Source: the human T2T-CHM13v2.0 reference genome, Homo sapiens. Taken from it: DNA of 64,000 nt. Numbering within the stretch: position 1 is the first letter of the stretch; every line of letters starts with the position of its first letter. Made by a program: the position numbers and the translations under genes. Positions 57,830 to 64,000 of this stretch are shown here, piece by piece. The DNA is taken from assembly GCF_009914755.1 (NCBI RefSeq), contig NC_060947.1; one strand, given 5' to 3'. The notes below the pieces were generated by a model. The model did no database searches, was not told the origin of the DNA, and saw nothing but the letters and a program-made list of their open reading frames with translations.

Positions 57830-60800
57830 GTGAGTGCTTTAATATTTTGATGTTTTTTATTAGCAGAAATTTCTTTTGTGATAGTGTTGTTGAACTAGTA
57901 TAGATACACTGATAAAGGTCTTCCATGTTGATAAAAATGATCATGCATCTCATGAAGGAAAGACTAATCCAAGAGTATTACAATCTGATTTTGCCTTCAT
58001 GGATAATCTTGTGTTCCCCATCATGACTTCCTCCTCATGCTTACTGATAACAGATTGCACACATCCAACCCAACATAGATTAAAATGGTTTCCAAAGCCT
58101 TTGAGGGTAACTGTCTTAGAGTAACCTCTCTTTGGGAAGAGTAACTTTGTGAAGAATAAGTATGTGGAACAGTGTTGGAGAAGTGTCTTTAGACTTACTT
58201 GTGATTAGAAATACCTGTGTATTCTGTATATTTGTATTATTGACATGTATTACTAACAAAACTTTTTATCTGCACACATACTGCCTCCCCTTTGTCCCAG
58301 GAACCCACTGATGAAGAGCCTAAAGAAGAGAAACCACCCACTAAAAGTCGGAATCCTACACCTGATCAGAAGAGAGAAGATGATCAGGGTGCAGCTGAGA
58401 TTCAAGGTGCTGGGAAAGGAAAGAAATAATGCCTATAGGGGGAAGGAGGCCTATGTGTCCATCATGCCTTATGCCATGACCAGTAATAGGAGGAAAGAAA
58501 ACATTAGGAAAGGATCTCAAGCACTTGCTCAAAGTAGGCTGGAAAAGTGAAGAGTATAGTTTGCAGCTTCATGCAGTCCCTGGATATAATAAATCTTCTC
58601 TTTTTTTCAAGATTTATTTTGTATGCTTGAAAATACATCCCTTGCTAAATCAGATGAAACTGTTTAATTTGATGTATCAAAATGTACATTATTTCACTTG
58701 ATTAATTTGATCTTCTTAGAATGTTGCTGTATGATTGGCTCAGCCATGGTGTCCACAGTGTTATAAGCACCCTTTTATAGCATATAGAGTGCCAAGTCAC
58801 CCTACCTTATAACACCCTGAATAAAGCCCATTTGCATAGGGATATTAGCCCTATTTTATAAAAAGGAAATGGTTGCTCAGAGATAGAGGCTTACCAAGAA
58901 CGCTTGAGTCATGGAGGCAGAATTCATATTACGTTCCAAGGTCTGTGTTCTTCCTAACATCTACGTTATTAGAAAACGTGAATTATTTTGCTTAAAACGC
59001 TTAATACTCGAATGTGTCTGTACTGTAAGGTACTTGAGTATTGGCTCAGGAGAAAACAAATTCAGTGAAGCAGGATAGCAAATCCGGAAAAGGGCTCAAT
59101 GAATGACAGCCACTGTTCCCTTTGATCAGTATTTTTTGACAGTATGTTTGGTAAAAGGTGGATAGTTCAGGACACTGGCATACAGGTAGGTATATTAGTA
59201 TGCTTTTTAAGGAACTTTTAAAAGTTGCCTAAATACTTTTATAATTAGAAAACTCAAAGTATGATACAATTATCATGAAACAGAAATTGTGTCCTCAACA
59301 GATAGCATTTTCAAGCTAAAGTTGACGGAATTTGGACCATGGATTATTTTAGCAGTTCACGGTTAAGAGGTTTCCAGAATATGACTGTCAACAACACTCA
59401 TTACTTTCTTTCACTCAATTTCCTGAATTCTCATGGGAAAACTGTGACTTTTTTTCCTCTTATTTTTGGTACTATATTCTCAATAGGATTTATTTATGAA
59501 AAGTTACATTTAGGGCCTTTGGACCTAAGCATAATTTTAATTAATTTTAACCAAATAATTTTCAAATTACCTCAGCAAGATATGGTTGTCACAATTGTAA
59601 GTTTTTGTCATAAGCCCAGGAATACATTGATCTAGTCTTTCAGAAAATTATCTTTGAGTTATTATTAAAATGCTATTCATGCAGCAAACTTCAGATATCT
59701 TACATAGTTGATACTCACTGTTTATAATGCACACTGGCAAAGTATAGGAAATGAAGGTGTAGTGTGATTTATCCTTAGATTGTCATTTTATATTAGATTT
59801 CAGGCCAGGTACATTGGCTCACACCTGTAATCCCAGCACTTTGGAAGGCCGAGGCTGGTGGGTCCCTTGAGCCTGAGAGTTAGGAACTAGCCTGGGAAAC
59901 ATGGGGAAACACCAGAAAATTTTCTCTGCCAAAAAAATACAAAAATTAGCCTTGGTGGTGGCATGTGCCTATAGTCTCAGCCTCTCACAAGGCTGAGACA
60001 GGGGGATAACTTGAGCTCAGGAGGTCAGGGCTGCAGTCACCTGTGACTGCACCCCTGTACTCCAGCCTGGATGACAGAGTGAAACCCTGTATTAAAAAAC
60101 AAATAAAATAGGAATTCATAATACAGGAAAACAAAAGTGTGACAGCTTTGCATCACATTTATTATCACACTAGCCTACAGGCTTTTATGTCATAACTCTG
60201 TGGAATAGAATATTATTACTTCCTTATTTATACTTCATGTTTTTGTACTCAAGTTCAATAACCTTTGTATTTTTTAGTGCCTGACCTGGAAGCCGATCTC
60301 CAGGAGCTATGTCAGACAAAGACTGGGGATGGATGTGAAGGTGGTACTGATGTCAAGGGGAAGATTCTACCAAAAGCAGAGCACTTTAAAATGCCAGAAG
60401 CAGGTGTGTTATTCATTAAGACACAAAGTTATGTGATTTCTATTTTTTACAATATTATACTTTTGATCATAGAGAGATAATATTACTGCCACTTTAATAA
60501 CAGTGTTCAAATACACACTTTCTTTGAAAGGTACTTCAGATCCCAATGCCTGACTGCAAGACTTAAATGCTCTCAGATACAGACACAAATTGGGTCAAAG
60601 CCATATTGAATCATCAAATATGACAGCATTTTCTTACTTCTGAGTATAACCAACAGCTAACAATTTTCAGATTCTTTTCTAATTTCTGCTTTTAACAAAT
60701 ACATAATGCATTTGTAATACCAGACTGTGTGAAATATGCTGAGTACTGAAGGAGATTCTAGTAGCAGCTCTATGACAATTTGTGAGAATCTGGACAAATT

Positions 60801-63325
60801 CCATAAATTCTACACCCATCTTTGCTGTTATTGAAAATGGTGAATGCAGATCAAATGTATTAAAATCCGTTTCAATGCTGATTTCTGCATGCTCTGGTTC
60901 TGTTGGAGAGAATAGAAAGATATTCTGATTCCCATGATTTGTTTTTCCTAACAATCAGCTTCAGTCCAATTACAATATCTGAGCTGAGATTTCATTGCTC
61001 CTAAGAAAATGAGCAGGCACTCTGCTTGATGTTTGTTTTCCAGCATGGAGACTTGAATGAGTGTTCTTGGATTTTGTCAAATTCTGAATTATCTGGCTTT
61101 TAAAGAATAATTGTATTTTAAAGCCTTCCCACCGTGAAGCCTTGAATGACTGAATAATAAAATGGCAAGAGACAGTCTACTTTCTGTGGCCAATGAAGTA
61201 GGGAGAATGCATGTAGGTCAGTCATGCTCAAGGTGGGTGTAAGATGCCTGTGCTAAGCATGCTTTTTGCTCTCCTGTCAGTCTTCATGAGCTACTGTGTG
61301 TAATAAAGACACACATGATATAATCACCTCTAACCATATCATAGGTTACATATTACAGGTTTCTGCCTTGAGACATCAGATGATAGGACTTAAAGTTCAA
61401 AGACTATAATGTACTAATTCTTGAGTAGTCAACATAAGTATCTTTTACACATTTTTTTTTATAAATTGCTGACTGTTAATGAGAAGAGCTTCTGAATTTA
61501 AAGGAAGAACTCCATGTTTAGGGAAGAAATTACCTAAATGTTTTACTCTGCACTGCTGAACCATTCCATTAAACTATTTACATTAAAAGATAGTTTTCAG
61601 GAGCCGATTGAACAAGCCTCAGTTGTATTCTTAGGAAGATCACAGCCTTAAATGCACATCTTATTAGAATAGATAGCAAATTACATGATAAAGTAATAAT
61701 CAATATAATAATAAAAGAGCAACAGAATAAACCTAATGGAAAAGGAAAGAGGTACTTAATAACAGACAGGTAGGAACCTGGATTTTGGATTAGGAAAACT
61801 AATCCAAAAGTAATACATTTAACACATTGTTTATTTTAAAAATAGCTATGAATAGACTATCTATTTGTTTCTCCAGTCTTGAAGAAAATGGGAAAAGCAC
61901 AATACAGAATATGAAGAAGACACAGATATTGAATATGTAGTATAACTGAAAGTAAATACATTCTTTTGTTTTCTTTTGTTTTACTTTTGAGACAGAGTCT
62001 CGCTCTGTCACCCAGGCTGGAGTGCAGCAGCATGATCTTGGCTGACTGCAACCTCCACTTCCCAGGTTCAAGTGATTCTCCTGCCTCAGCTGAGTAGCTA
62101 GGAGTACAGGCATGCACCACCATGCCTGGCTATTTTTTGTATTTTTAGTAGAGACGAGGTTTCGCCATGTTGGACAAGCTGTTCTCGAACTCCTGACCTC
62201 GGGTGATCCACTTGCCTTGGCCTCCCAAAGTGCTGGGATTACAGATGTGAGCCACCACGCCCAGCTGAAAGTGAATACGTTCTTAAACTCTAATATTTTC
62301 GGAATATAGATGAAATGGTTGATAAGCTAGGAATGCATGCATTATTAAATATATCCCAGTAGTACCTGAATATCTATTCATCACAAAGACTGTGCATGAA
62401 CTTGTGAAATTTGCTAGTTGTCCCTTGATAATATTTACTTTTAGAAATAAATATTTAGTTATTCTAGATGTCTTCCTCTACATCTCCATTTCCCTTTCCG
62501 TTTCTTTTTTTTCGTGCCATACTGTTCATGATATATACCTCTTTCATATTTTGATATCAATAATGATAATGATAGATTAAAAGTAATGCGATCATATAAT
62601 TAATTATACAAAGGGGAATTTTTTCAAGTGTAAAAAGAGATATTTGTATTAACATCAGGACTATAGGTGAAAACTGGGGACAGATGTTTACCATACCTTA
62701 ATATCTACAGAAGGGTAAACTAACCCAAAGCAACATTTTTGCACTTTGGCACAATAGAGGAAAAAACAAATGCAATACTGTCCTTTCTATTCACCACGCA
62801 TATGCAGCTTCTAATGTGACATTAACTCTTTTCTTAAAAGATAGTTTTCATACTATTTCCAGGAGCCTATTTGACATCCAGACCATAGTTTCAAGCCAAA
62901 ATATTAAATTGTACATTTTTTATAAATTCCTTTGTTTCTTAGTTTTTTTGTGTGTATTTGTTATATTTTTAGTAAAATTATACACAATTTTTGCTTTATA
63001 CATTAAATCCCTTTTTAAGAGTTTCACTTGATTTAATGTGTTCTGACCTCGGACTGTCTTTTGGTTTCCTTGTAGCACTAGAAAGCAGGGTGTGTTTAAA
63101 AAATATTAATAATGTATATGTTTGGAAGTTTATCTCCAAAGTCTCCACAGAGGTCTAATTGAATGTAAGCCAGAGGGTGACTCTTGGGTTTATGGTCTTA
63201 GTCCACTGTACGAAACAAAAACTTTGGTGTCATTTGCATATCTTAATGTGATCTAAATACAGTTCTGCTAGTAATGTTCCACCTGTTATGTTTCTATTAC
63301 AGGTGAAGGGAAATCACAGGTTTAA
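57749..63325 (+). CDS. XAGE2: XAGE2 (GAGE/PAGE/XAGE cancer-testis antigen), spliced CDS join(57749..57829,58301..58406,60278..60403,63303..63325), 111 aa
   Basis: Exons of 81+106+126+23 = 336 nt, all with GT-AG boundaries, translate to [111 protein letters not shown]. This matches my recollection of human XAGE2. Confidence 0.95.
58301..58406 (+). CDS. XAGE2: XAGE2 exon 3 (EPTDEEP...AAEIQ)
   Basis: Acceptor cctttgtcccag, donor CAAG|GTGCTG. Confidence 0.93.
59802..60109 (+). mobile_element. AluJ in XAGE2 intron 3
   Basis: Diverged dimer with A-tail. Confidence 0.9.
60278..60403 (+). CDS. XAGE2: XAGE2 exon 4 ([11 protein letters not shown]...KMPEA)
   Basis: Acceptor ttttttag, donor CAG|GTGTGT, GAGE-domain motifs DLEADLQEL and KMPEAG. 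Also visible in ORF 60265..60480. Confidence 0.93.
61963..62266 (-). mobile_element. AluS in XAGE2 intron 4
   Basis: Antisense dimer with TSD TGAAAGT(A/G)AATAC(A/G)TTCTT. Confidence 0.95.
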
Positions 63326-63411
63326 AGGAAGATAAGCTGAAACAACACAAACTGTTTTTATATTAGATATTTTACTTTAAAATATCTTAATAAAGTTTTA
63401 AGCTTTTCTCC
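63303..63411 (+). CDS. XAGE2: XAGE2 terminal exon 5 (GEGKSQV*, stop 63323-63325) plus short 3' UTR
   Basis: Acceptor tttctattacag, TAA at 63323, AATAAA at 63389-63394. Confidence 0.9.
63389..63394 (+). terminator. XAGE2 polyadenylation signal
   Basis: AATAAA ~65 nt after the stop codon, followed by T-rich sequence. Confidence 0.8.
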
Positions 63412-63438
63412 AAAGAAGTCTTGCACATCTTCTGTTAA

Positions 63439-63748
<310 letters not shown>

Positions 63749-63796
63749 TCTTCTGTTAATTTCATTCCCAGGTATTTTGATACTATTGAGAATTGT

Positions 63797-64000
63797 GGCC
63801 AGGTGTAATGGCTCACACCTGTAATCCCAGTACCTTGGGATGCTGAGGTAGGAGGATTGCTAGAGCTCAGGAAAGTGACACCAGTCTGGGGAATATAGGA
63901 ACCCCTCTCTACTACAATGAGTGAATGAATGAATGCAACTATAGTCTCAGCTACTCTGGAGGCATAGGTGGGAGGATCCCTTGAGCCCAGGTGGTCGAGG
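63797..64000 (+). mobile_element. AluJ (runs off the window end)
   Basis: GGCCAGGTGTAATGGCTCACACCTGTAATCCCAG start. Confidence 0.85.

Noticed and set aside
58407-58550. Intronic continuation of ORF 58311..58550
   Set aside because: It lies beyond the exon-3 donor and matters only if the intron is retained. The spliced alternative frame is reported instead.

Overview
Primate genomic DNA, almost certainly human Xp11.22. It is AT-rich and dominated by interspersed repeats (L1, L2, MIR, many Alus, ERVL/MaLR/ERV1 LTRs and a HERV-L pol/dUTPase remnant). One intact protein-coding gene is present: the cancer/testis gene XAGE2 (+ strand, non-coding exon 1 at ~56790-56948, four coding exons 57749-63325, 111 aa). 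A diverged FAM156/TMEM29-family paralogue lies at 13930-14526; it has an upstream splice acceptor and one in-frame TAG interrupting otherwise continuing homology. Other notable observations: (1) a fully open, spliced +1 reading frame inside XAGE2 (84 aa) matching the frame XAGE1 uses; (2) a tandemly duplicated XAGE promoter/exon-1 unit; (3) a candidate alternative terminal exon; (4) a ~250-bp templated insertion into a (TA)n tract; (5) L1 insertions with twin priming or a short 3' transduction. Family and subfamily names come from recalled sequences, not a database search, and repeat boundaries are approximate. I found no evidence of a wholly new multi-gene system.
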